A DNA stretch of 64,000 bases, from IMG/VR virus record IMGVR_UViG_3300032167_002916, one strand, 5' to 3'. A program made the position numbers and the translations under genes. The stretch's first letter is position 1. Every line of letters begins with the position of its first letter. Shown in pieces: positions 56,109 to 63,903 of the stretch. Source of the DNA: a virus (Duplodnaviria > Heunggongvirae > Uroviricota > Caudoviricetes). A model generated the notes under the pieces. It was not told the origin of the DNA. It ran no database searches and saw nothing but the letters and a program-made list of their open reading frames with translations.

Positions 56109-56808
56109 GGTAAAGAATTGGTTCCTCCAGAATTTCTGGACTGGTTACAGTATGGGGGAGAAGCTGTTCATGGCATTTGCCATTGCAACGCAGATCGTAG
56201 TTTTCTGCATCACTCCTGACACTCCGCTGAATATCATTGCCGGCATCGCCGGCTGTATCTCTGTCATCCTGACTGCCAAGGGACGATGGATGATGTATCC
56301 CATTGGTTTCATCCAGAACATCACCTATACGATTCTCGCATTCCAGAACTTCTTCTATGGTGAGGTAATTGAGCAGGTGTTCTACGTTGTCACCATGATT
56401 TGGGGTATGTTTGCATGGGCAAAGAACATGAACACCAACGAAGACGGTACCCAGGATGTCAAGACCCGTAAGTTTGGTATTGCTGAATGGATATGTTCTG
56501 TTATTGCAACGGTCATCGCAACATACCTGTTCGGACGAGTTCTGGTATATCTGGGTGCAGCACAGCCCTATACAGATGCAGCTACCAATGTTATGGCAGT
56601 CTTTGCTCAGATTATGATGGTCAAGCGTTATCGTGAGCAGTGGGTCTGGTGGCTTCTGATCGACCTGTTCTGCATCAAGATGTGGTGGGTCGCCGGTAAC
56701 TGGTCTATGGTTGCAATGTATGTGGTGTGGACTGCAAATTGCATCTACGGCTGGTGGAACTGGTCTAAGCTGAATAAGATTCAGAGTGAGGTTCCCGCAA
56801 ATGCATAA
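56101..56808 (+). CDS. pnuC: PnuC-family nicotinamide riboside transporter
   Basis: About 235 aa; 7-8 transmembrane segments; Trp-rich C-terminal half ending WWNWSKL is typical of PnuC; AAGAAGGAGA SD. Confidence 0.75.
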   Translation: MSKVKNWFLQNFWTGYSMGEKLFMAFAIATQIVVFCITPDTPLNIIAGIAGCISVILTAKGRWMMYPIGFIQNITYTILAFQNFFYGEVIEQVFYVVTMIWGMFAWAKNMNTNEDGTQDVKTRKFGIAEWICSVIATVIATYLFGRVLVYLGAAQPYTDAATNVMAVFAQIMMVKRYREQWVWWLLIDLFCIKMWWVAGNWSMVAMYVVWTANCIYGWWNWSKLNKIQSEVPANA

Positions 56809-56834
56809 AGTAAATGTTTTCCTGCCGAATTTCC

Positions 56835-56845
56835 GGGGGGGGGGG
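56835..56845 (+). repeat. G11 homopolymer tract 5 nt upstream of the next gene's ATG, acting as its RBS
   Basis: ccgGGGGGGGGGGcataaATG, read directly. Confidence 0.9.
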
Positions 56846-56850
56846 CATAA

Positions 56851-57225
56851 ATGGAGAGTCAAGAAAGAGAATTTCCAAAGCTTGACCTGAGCATCCTCCT
56901 CGGAGAAAGCATGTATGCAGTACATTGTGAAAACGAAGACGATGCATCGGCTCTTATTCATGCGTTAATCCAAGAGTACCCAGAAAAGTGTAAGGGTTGG
57001 GACGTCGATCACCCTAGATGGGATCTTGATTTTGTCGAGATTGAAGGTGGCATGGCTTATTACCCTGATATTAACGATATTGAGCATGAAGATTTACTCC
57101 ATGGTTCGGTAGAGTGGGCACTTGAGCACGGCTACACAGTTGTCGAGTTCGAGGATCTTCTTGGTTTTGACGAAATGATGGAAGTCGGAGATATGTCCAT
57201 CGAAGACTTGCTTGGAATAATGTGA
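56851..57225 (+). CDS. Highly acidic protein A (124 aa)
   Basis: Paralogous to the next gene (AVHCxxE...YPE...EHGYTVVEFEDLL...DLLGI). Confidence 0.5.
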   Translation: MESQEREFPKLDLSILLGESMYAVHCENEDDASALIHALIQEYPEKCKGWDVDHPRWDLDFVEIEGGMAYYPDINDIEHEDLLHGSVEWALEHGYTVVEFEDLLGFDEMMEVGDMSIEDLLGIM

Positions 57226-57235
57226 GGTGAGAATT

Positions 57236-57580
57236 GTGTTGAATATTTCAATCATGGTTGATAGACCATGTGCGGTACATTGCGATTCTGAAGAACAGGG
57301 CAAAGCGATTGTCGATGCAATTCGAGAATTCTACCCCGAGATGGCTAAGCTTTGGAACTCAGATAACAACGATCATTGGTCATACTACGGGGATAGAACA
57401 TGTTATACTCTATATGACGAATGCTACGAAGGAGGGCTTGAGCTCGATAGATTGTACTATTGCAATAGAACATTCTATGAAGATCATGGATACGAAATCC
57501 TTGAGTTCGAAGATCTCCTCACTACAGATGTTGAAATCGTCGAAAGCGATATGCTGTTGGAGGAGTTCTTAGGTATTTAA
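57236..57580 (+). CDS. Highly acidic protein B, paralog of A (GTG start)
   Basis: GAGGTGA SD 5 nt before GTG; conserved blocks AVHCDSE, FYPE, DHGYEILEFEDLL, EFLGI. Confidence 0.5.
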   Translation: MLNISIMVDRPCAVHCDSEEQGKAIVDAIREFYPEMAKLWNSDNNDHWSYYGDRTCYTLYDECYEGGLELDRLYYCNRTFYEDHGYEILEFEDLLTTDVEIVESDMLLEEFLGI

Positions 57581-57644
57581 TCCTGTTGTCTTCTGTCGAA
57601 ATCTATGATAGAATATCGTGGATTATTCGAGAGGAGAACATGCA

Positions 57645-57878
57645 ATGATGCTTGTCCAATTTGATGACCTATCAGTTACGATTGATATAAAGAGGTGTGA
57701 GCTGCCGAAAGAGACCACTTTACGAAATGCTCTTGGCAGCCTCACTTCTAATTGGTCTGCTGATACAATTACGTTATCGGGCAAACCTATAACCGAGGTT
57801 ATGCTTGATTATGAATTGTGTGAGTTGTCAAAGAAAACGCACCAAGGAAAACCCTTTGTCTTAATCGAAAAACACTAA
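57645..57878 (+). CDS. Hypothetical (77 aa)
   Basis: GAGAGGAGAA SD; a TTGTCT-17-TAGAAT promoter lies at 57586-57614. Confidence 0.45.
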   Translation: MMLVQFDDLSVTIDIKRCELPKETTLRNALGSLTSNWSADTITLSGKPITEVMLDYELCELSKKTHQGKPFVLIEKH

Positions 57879-57882
57879 GTTA

Positions 57883-57917
57883 AACCGGGCTGTAAAAACG
57901 CAGCCCGGTTTTTTCTT
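57883..57917 (+). terminator. Intrinsic terminator AACCGGGCTG-taaaaacg-CAGCCCGGTT plus T7
   Basis: Perfect 10-bp stem followed by a T-run. Confidence 0.7.
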
Positions 57918-57929
57918 TCGGAGGTAACA

Positions 57930-58190
57930 ATGAAAAGAATTGCGATTGTTATTGCATTGTTCTTGGGGTTTATTGTGGGAGCCATGATCCCTACGACTGC
58001 AGATGCAGAGCAGAATTATCCACTCAAAATCTGGGCTCAGAATCAGAACGGAAAGTTTGAGACGTTAAATGTAGTAGATAGCGACACTGGTGTGAACTAC
58101 ATAGTTGTGTCAGAAGAGTATGGTAGTAACGTCGGCATCGCAATATGTCCGAGATATAACGCTGATGGTTCCCTTTATACAAGTAAATAA
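57930..58190 (+). CDS. Small secreted protein with a signal peptide (86 aa)
   Basis: MKRIAIVIALFLGFIVGAMIPTTADA signal-like N-terminus; GGAGG SD. Confidence 0.5.
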   Translation: MKRIAIVIALFLGFIVGAMIPTTADAEQNYPLKIWAQNQNGKFETLNVVDSDTGVNYIVVSEEYGSNVGIAICPRYNADGSLYTSK

Positions 58191-58206
58191 AATGAGACTT
58201 TGATAT

Positions 58207-58283
58207 GTGCCAGTAGCTCAGTGGAAAGCAGCAACTGCCTTCTAAGCAGTAGGTCACAGGTTCGAGTCCTGTCTGGCATACCA
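58207..58283 (+). tRNA. tRNA-Arg(TCT)
   Basis: Acceptor GTGCCAG/CTGGCAT, anticodon stem ACTGC/GCAGT with loop CTTCTAA, T-arm ACAGG-TTCGAGT-CCTGT, encoded CCA. Confidence 0.75.
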
Positions 58284-58298
58284 AAATGAGGTAACACA

Positions 58299-58559
58299 AT
58301 GTGTGAGTATTGCAAGAATTTCAGTAAACGAGGAAGTGAACTGGAATTAAATGACATCTTTCTCGTAGAACCTGCCAAATATACGTTTATTGGAGATGGT
58401 GCATCATATAGGGTGCCGATGAATTTCTGCTCTAACTGTGGTAGGGAATTGAGAAAACCCTGTATGCACAGGAAAGAAAATGGGATTTGCGGCAAAGGTG
58501 CAAGTTCATCCGGAGAGTGCCGCTATCCTTGCAGCCATTACGAAACCGTAAAAGAATGA
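58299..58559 (+). CDS. Cys-rich zinc-binding small protein (86 aa)
   Basis: CEYC...CSNCG...C...C...C pattern. Confidence 0.45.
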   Translation: MCEYCKNFSKRGSELELNDIFLVEPAKYTFIGDGASYRVPMNFCSNCGRELRKPCMHRKENGICGKGASSSGECRYPCSHYETVKE

Positions 58560-58576
58560 GTTTATAGAGGTGTAAC

Positions 58577-58846
58577 ATGAAAGTCATATACTTTATCTCA
58601 TTACTTCTCAGTATTATCACCTATGTTCTTGGCGTACAGAAAGTCAAGTGTATGTTTAGAAGGGAGTTTCCGGATGCTGTTCTTGAGAAGCATCCGTGGC
58701 ATGACGCCGTACTAATCTACATGAGACTCGGTGTTTTCATGGTATGCCCTATTCTCAACACGATATTTGCGATACAGTTGCTCTTTGACATGGATGCAAC
58801 ATGCGAAAGAACTATGGATTCTCTGAGAAAGAAGTATTCCAAATGA
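58577..58846 (+). CDS. Small membrane protein (89 aa)
   Basis: Two hydrophobic segments. Confidence 0.4.
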   Translation: MKVIYFISLLLSIITYVLGVQKVKCMFRREFPDAVLEKHPWHDAVLIYMRLGVFMVCPILNTIFAIQLLFDMDATCERTMDSLRKKYSK

Positions 58847-59058
58847 CCAATGAAGAATTCCTCCAACTAAAGAAGGGCGACCGAGTTCTGCTTTCAATCG
58901 GAGGCAGAGAGATCAAGGCAAGAATTCTCAGCATTCGTACCGATTCCCACGATGGAATCAGCCAAGATCCAAGAGCAAAAGTATCATACGGTCATAGCGG
59001 ATATGGTGCTGTTCTTAATTATGTGAGGCCAGCTGACGTTATCTGCAAGATTCAATGA
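58843..59058 (+). CDS. Hypothetical (71 aa)
   Basis: Trimmed to MTNEEFLQ. Confidence 0.35.
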   Translation: MTNEEFLQLKKGDRVLLSIGGREIKARILSIRTDSHDGISQDPRAKVSYGHSGYGAVLNYVRPADVICKIQ

Positions 59059-59066
59059 GGTGAACG

Positions 59067-59261
59067 ATGAATAACAATATAGTTGCATATTTATCTAACG
59101 GTACATATGCGTTTAATGCAACGTTACCGATTTCTCCTAGAGTTGGTGAGTTTTTTGAGAGCGGCGGCATGCTATTCGAAATAAAGCGAGTCACATACTG
59201 TGCAAATCCTGGATACGGTACTTGCTTGACAATCAAGCTTATTGTAGATCATATCAGATAA
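59067..59261 (+). CDS. Hypothetical (64 aa)
   Basis: GGTGAACG precedes ATG. Confidence 0.35.
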   Translation: MNNNIVAYLSNGTYAFNATLPISPRVGEFFESGGMLFEIKRVTYCANPGYGTCLTIKLIVDHIR

Positions 59262-59285
59262 AAGGTGGATTTCATGAGGTGAGGT

Positions 59286-59525
59286 ATGAAGGTTAAACGA
59301 TTCACATATAACGGATTCTGCGGCAAACTCAATAAGGGTTATGCAAAGTATACTGCAGAATTTAAGAAGTGGACCGAAGATCCAGGTGTTGCAGTCTGCA
59401 TCTGCAGCGACGGCAAGGAGCGTCTAATCCCGTCATTTGCACTGGAAGACTTCGATGTTAGTCTGTATCCAGAGCAGAATACAGAGAATAAGTTCATGTA
59501 TATGGGTGTTCCTTGTAAGAGTTGA
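59286..59525 (+). CDS. Hypothetical (79 aa)
   Basis: GAGGTGAGG SD. Confidence 0.4.
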   Translation: MKVKRFTYNGFCGKLNKGYAKYTAEFKKWTEDPGVAVCICSDGKERLIPSFALEDFDVSLYPEQNTENKFMYMGVPCKS

Positions 59526-59554
59526 GAGTATAAAAGTGTGTTTTGGTGGTGAAT

Positions 59555-59905
59555 ATGAAGTACTTAAAAGCGTACAGCCCACGTTGCGTAGGGTTTGATC
59601 CATCTTCGCTATATTACGCATTCTTCGACGAGGTGTTACATCCAGAAACCAAGCGTCGTGTAGATTCAATCCCGAAAGATGAACCTATGTTCACCCTTGA
59701 AGAAGATGGTTCTCAAAATTGGATTGCAGTATATGATGACTGGTCGTTTGCGATTGATCTCGATACGGGAAATGAATACTCTTATCCGACAATAACGCAA
59801 ATCCGTAAGGACATTGCTATACGAGGATGTCTTGCAGTTTGCTATAACCATCCTTTAATCGAGGTTACTTTTGACGATTTTGGTAAGAAAATCTATATGA
59901 AATGA
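59555..59905 (+). CDS. Hypothetical (116 aa)
   Basis: Trimmed to MKYLKAY. Confidence 0.4.
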   Translation: MKYLKAYSPRCVGFDPSSLYYAFFDEVLHPETKRRVDSIPKDEPMFTLEEDGSQNWIAVYDDWSFAIDLDTGNEYSYPTITQIRKDIAIRGCLAVCYNHPLIEVTFDDFGKKIYMK

Positions 59906-59924
59906 AAGCGTGTTTGATAAATAT

Positions 59925-60030
59925 GAAGCGGTACGTAAGCGGCTAAACGGCGGGCTGTAAACCCGTGTGTTGTACAGTATCCTAGGTAGTTAAACACCCC
60001 GATAGGTTCGACTCCTATCCCGCTTCACCA
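59925..60030 (+). tRNA. Atypical type-II tRNA-Tyr-like (GTA anticodon) with a 35-nt variable arm, 106 nt
   Basis: Acceptor GAAGCGG/CCGCTTC; D-stem CGT/ACG with a Tyr-like D-loop AAGCGGCTAA; anticodon stem GCGGG/CCCGT with loop CTGTAAA; T-arm ATAGG-TTCGACT-CCTAT; A-CCA end. There is one extra C before the 3' acceptor strand. Confidence 0.45.
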
Positions 60031-60305
60031 CGGGCGCTGCCTTTGAGACTCCAGCCTGAAAAGTCCCACGGTAGTAAGTGGCAGCACAATACCGGGGCAG
60101 TTATAGGCACCGTCATGAGAGATCATGCGCGGCGGATTACGCAACGCGTAAGCGAGACCGATTCTAAATCGGTACAACTGCTTGTATAGCATAACTAATG
60201 CGACTGCTAATACCAGGATTATGGTGGGTAAAATCCCCCTGCAAGCGCCAATGCAGCCGGACGACGGCAGGTTTCCCCGGGGTTGATCGCCCGGGGATTT
60301 CTTTA
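60031..60305 (+). ncRNA. About 270-nt structured non-coding stretch ending in a GC-rich hairpin terminator (60275-60305)
   Basis: No ORF; many local stems; CCCCGGG(G)/CCCGGGG hairpin followed by a T-rich run. Confidence 0.35.
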
Positions 60306-60337
60306 TAAAAGTTCGATTTGGTAAGGTGATTTTTCAT

Positions 60338-60772
60338 ATGACAGAACAAGAATTCAAAGCAAAATATGACGAGTTCATTTCTACCTTTACGAGCCCTGGG
60401 TCTAACCTCGCTGAAGCAATGTTTTTTGATGTTTCAAAGATGTGGAATGAGTGCAGGAATGATGAATACGAAGAACCTGTCGAGGAAGTGTTCGAGAGAT
60501 ATCTCTGTATTCTTGTTACCGCTAGAAGGCCATGGTTATTTACAGGTTTTGTAAACCATGAAAAGCTTACACGAAAAGACTTCACAAGCCTTGATGCATG
60601 GGCTAGATATAAAACCGAATGGGAGAGCAAAGACGAAAAATGTGCTGCGCTTATGAGAAAATTGCAAAAAGCGCACGATGATTACAGCAATAGCCATAGA
60701 TTTTGGTCCTGTATGTTCATCCTGCTGTGGGGCTTCACTCTGCTCGCGATTCATTCGATTATCAAAGTTTAA
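60338..60772 (+). CDS. Hypothetical with a C-terminal transmembrane helix (144 aa)
   Basis: Trimmed to MTEQEF; GGTAAGGTGA SD. Confidence 0.45.
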   Translation: MTEQEFKAKYDEFISTFTSPGSNLAEAMFFDVSKMWNECRNDEYEEPVEEVFERYLCILVTARRPWLFTGFVNHEKLTRKDFTSLDAWARYKTEWESKDEKCAALMRKLQKAHDDYSNSHRFWSCMFILLWGFTLLAIHSIIKV

Positions 60773-60775
60773 TTT

Positions 60776-60854
60776 GGGAGGATGGCGGAATGGTAGACGC
60801 TAAGGGACGCCGAGGATAACTTCCGTGTAGGTTCAAATCCTACTTCTCCCACCA
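60776..60854 (+). other. tRNA-like element with a Leu/Ser-type D-arm, canonical T-arm and A-CCA end but no foldable anticodon arm
   Basis: Acceptor GGGAGGA/TTCTCCC; D-arm TGGCGGAATGGTAGACGC; T-arm GTAGG-TTCAAAT-CCTAC. No placement of a 5-bp stem with a 7-nt loop pairs in the intervening 25 nt. Confidence 0.45.
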
Positions 60855-60879
60855 AATATAAATCAATGGAGGAAATAAC

Positions 60880-61128
60880 ATGAAAAAGATCTTTTGTTTC
60901 GCACTGTGTATCGTGATGATGCTGTCTCTGGTTGCGTGTGGCAACTCTCAGCTCATCGACACTACTTACACCTTTAAGTATGCTCAGGTGGCAATGCCCG
61001 ATGGCAGCTTCGTAGAGGGCAGAGTGGAGTCTTGGAAGGACTACGAGGCCAGCGACATGATGCAGGTCAAGATCGGTGGCAAGACTTATCTGACTCATTC
61101 CACCAATGTGGTTCTGGTAAGTGAGTGA
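60880..61128 (+). CDS. Small lipoprotein (82 aa)
   Basis: Signal peptide ending in the lipobox LVAC-G. Confidence 0.5.
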   Translation: MKKIFCFALCIVMMLSLVACGNSQLIDTTYTFKYAQVAMPDGSFVEGRVESWKDYEASDMMQVKIGGKTYLTHSTNVVLVSE

Positions 61129-61172
61129 ACAAAGCGAATCAAGTAAAATAAAACTGAAAAGGACGGTTTGAA

Positions 61173-63221
61173 ATGGATTTTGTTCAGTTCAAAGGCATCA
61201 TGCAAAGGAATTTTGCAGAGATGGTTGCAAATGCCGACACTCTGTTTGAGGTAGAGGTCGACAAGGATGAGTTCTGGAATCTTTATCTCGACAGCTTCCC
61301 TGCAGGAACCAATGAGGTTTTCCGGGAGCGTAGAGAATTTGATTGCAGTTGCTGCAGACACTTTGTCAAGAGCTTCGGCAATGTCGTTGTCATTAAGGAC
61401 AACAAGGTTCGTACCATGTGGGAATTCACCACTGGCGACAAGGTTTACCAGCCTGTAATCAATGCTCTGGATGCATATCTGAAGGCAAGAGCGGTAAACA
61501 ATATGCATGTCGCCAAGGAAAATTTTGCTGGCACGGATGCCAACTATGAGTTGGCTGATGGCGGAAAGTCTATCAGATGGGATCATTTCTATCTGAGTAT
61601 CCCCAGCAAGTTCGTTGATCGATCCAGAAGATCCATCGGTGAAATTCAGGGCGAGTTCAGAGATGTACGAAACGTATTCTATCGCTCCCTGTCTGAAATC
61701 ACTGAAGAAGCGGTTGAAACAGTTCTGGAGCTGATTACATCCAACACCCTGTATCGCGGCGCAGAATGGAACGCAGTTCTTACCAAGTTCCTGCAGTACA
61801 AGCGCACCTTTGATGGCCTGACTCCCGAGGAAAAGAATAATTTTGCCTGGGAAAATGCAAAGGCAGCCGGTGTGGCAATCGGTAAGATTCGCAATCACAG
61901 TATCGGCACACTGTTGGTGGACATCAGCAATGATGTGGATCTGGATACTGCGGTGCGTAAGTATGAAGCCATGGTTGCACCTGCAAACTACAAGCGCCCC
62001 AAGGCAATCTTTACTAAGAAGATGCTGGAAGATGCACAGAAGACTATTACTGAGCTGGGCTACATGGAATCTCTACCCCGTCGCTTTGCAACTTTGGATG
62101 ATATCACTGTAAACAATATTCTGTTCTCCAACAGAGATGCAGCAAAGCGAATTGTAGATGCGGCGGATGTGTTTGGTGCAATGATGGTAGAAGCAACAGA
62201 CTCCCCCAAGAAGTTCTCTAGAGTTCAAGAAATTTCCATTGAAAAGTTTATCTCTGATGTGCTTCCCACTGCAAAGTCCATCGAAGCATATCTGGAAAAC
62301 AGACATGCACCTAACATGGTTTCTCTGATTGCACCCAAGAATGCAGATGCACAGACCATGTTTAAGTGGAATAACGGAATTTCCTGGGCGTACAGCGGTA
62401 ACATTACCGACAGCGATGTGAAGCAAAACGTCAAGAGTGCAGGCGGCAAGGTTGATGGTGACCTGAGATTCTCCATTCAGTGGAACGAAGATGGTCGGGA
62501 TAATTGCGACCTCGATGCTCACTGTAAGGAGGCTGGCGGCTATGAAATCTACTTCAGCAGAGGTAAAAAGCCCGCCTTCTCTCCGACTGGAGGTCAGCTC
62601 GATGTAGATATTATCAGCCCTTGCGGAAGAGTTGCGGTTGAGAATATCACATGGGCAAACAGAAAGACCATGAAGCCCGGAACATATCGGTTCTTTGTAC
62701 ATCAGTATTCCGGCAGTGCAAAGAATGGTTTCAGAGCCGAGATCGAATTTGATGGAACTATCCACTCTTTCGACTACAGCAAGACCATGCACAGCGGCAA
62801 TATGGTGGATGTTGCAGAAGTTACTCTGGATGCAAATGGCAACTTCACCATTAAGGAGCTGCTCCCCTCCAATATTTCCTCCAGAGATGTTTGGAACCTG
62901 AAGACCAACCAGTTTATTTCCGTCACCGTAATGATGTACTCTCCCAATTATTGGGATGAACAGCAGGGTATCGGTCATAAGCACTACATGTTCATGCTGA
63001 AGGATTGTGTGAATCCTGAGACACCTAACGGATTCTACAACGAGTTCCTGAAGAATGAGTTGGCGCAGCACAAGAGAGTTTTTGAAGCACTCGGTGGTAA
63101 GATGGCTGTTGAGTCTGTCGACGATCAGCTGTCCGGCCTGGGCTTTAGCTCCACCAAGAGAAATGATCTGATCGTTAAGATCAAGGGTCAGACCGAAAGA
63201 ATTATGAGAATCAAGTTCTAA
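61173..63221 (+). CDS. Large hypothetical protein (682 aa)
   Basis: Clean ORF; GGACGG SD; contains a KVDGDLR (KxDGxR-like) motif of unknown significance. Confidence 0.55.
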   Translation: MDFVQFKGIMQRNFAEMVANADTLFEVEVDKDEFWNLYLDSFPAGTNEVFRERREFDCSCCRHFVKSFGNVVVIKDNKVRTMWEFTTGDKVYQPVINALDAYLKARAVNNMHVAKENFAGTDANYELADGGKSIRWDHFYLSIPSKFVDRSRRSIGEIQGEFRDVRNVFYRSLSEITEEAVETVLELITSNTLYRGAEWNAVLTKFLQYKRTFDGLTPEEKNNFAWENAKAAGVAIGKIRNHSIGTLLVDISNDVDLDTAVRKYEAMVAPANYKRPKAIFTKKMLEDAQKTITELGYMESLPRRFATLDDITVNNILFSNRDAAKRIVDAADVFGAMMVEATDSPKKFSRVQEISIEKFISDVLPTAKSIEAYLENRHAPNMVSLIAPKNADAQTMFKWNNGISWAYSGNITDSDVKQNVKSAGGKVDGDLRFSIQWNEDGRDNCDLDAHCKEAGGYEIYFSRGKKPAFSPTGGQLDVDIISPCGRVAVENITWANRKTMKPGTYRFFVHQYSGSAKNGFRAEIEFDGTIHSFDYSKTMHSGNMVDVAEVTLDANGNFTIKELLPSNISSRDVWNLKTNQFISVTVMMYSPNYWDEQQGIGHKHYMFMLKDCVNPETPNGFYNEFLKNELAQHKRVFEALGGKMAVESVDDQLSGLGFSSTKRNDLIVKIKGQTERIMRIKF

Positions 63222-63234
63222 GGAGGACAAAGAC

Positions 63235-63621
63235 ATGGATATGAACGCACTGTTTGTGATGGCAACCCGTGGTAAGTACAGATTCCCCTTCAAGGGTCAG
63301 ATTTCTGTGGAAGACCTGTGGGATCTGTCTGTCAAGAATCTGGATTCCATCTTCAAGACCCTGAATGCTGAGGCTAAGCAGGCCAAGGAAGAGAGCCTGC
63401 TGGAAGTGAAGTCTCCCGCAGACGCTGAACTGGAAGCCAAGATCGAAATCGTCAAGTACATCGTCAGGGTCAAGCAGGACGAGGCTGTTCAGAGGGTAAA
63501 TGCGATTGCATTGAACGAGCAGAAGCAGAAGATTGCTGCAGTAATTGCAGCTAAGGAAGACCAGGCTCTCCATGATATGAGCGTTGACGAACTCAGAGCT
63601 ATGCTTCAGAATATGGGCTAA
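63235..63621 (+). CDS. Hypothetical coiled-coil protein (128 aa)
   Basis: AAGGAGGACA SD. Confidence 0.5.
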   Translation: MDMNALFVMATRGKYRFPFKGQISVEDLWDLSVKNLDSIFKTLNAEAKQAKEESLLEVKSPADAELEAKIEIVKYIVRVKQDEAVQRVNAIALNEQKQKIAAVIAAKEDQALHDMSVDELRAMLQNMG

Positions 63622-63684
63622 TAGACAAGGCGGCGGTATTTATCCGCCGCCTTTCAAAAATCTATCGCAACAAGAGGTGAGACT

Positions 63685-63903
63685 ATGTTTTGGTTCTTAG
63701 CAATTCTGTATATTGCGATTGGTTCTGCGACTACATTCTTCTACAAATATGAATGTATGAAAGATTATGATAGCCGTTGGAATGATTGCGAAGGTGATAC
63801 TACCGCAGCTGTTTTTTCTGGAATATTTTGGCCGGTTGTTGCACCGATTACATTCGCACTTCTGTTTGCGAAAAAATATGCAAATCAGAATAAAAGGCGG
63901 TAA
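63685..63903 (+). CDS. Small membrane protein (72 aa)
   Basis: Two transmembrane helices; AGAGGTGAGA SD. Confidence 0.45.
   Translation: MFWFLAILYIAIGSATTFFYKYECMKDYDSRWNDCEGDTTAAVFSGIFWPVVAPITFALLFAKKYANQNKRR

Noticed and set aside
56071-56961. 296-aa minus-strand ORF
   Set aside because: Antisense to pnuC; Cys/His-rich junk.
59925-60030. tmRNA interpretation of the tRNA-like element plus downstream RNA
   Set aside because: In tmRNA the T-arm and CCA lie at the 3' end of the molecule. Here the CCA sits about 106 nt from the 5' end, followed by 270 nt more RNA. No tag-peptide reading frame ending in a hydrophobic tail was found.
62073-63293. 406-aa minus-strand ORF
   Set aside because: Antisense to the 682-aa plus gene; low-complexity composition.
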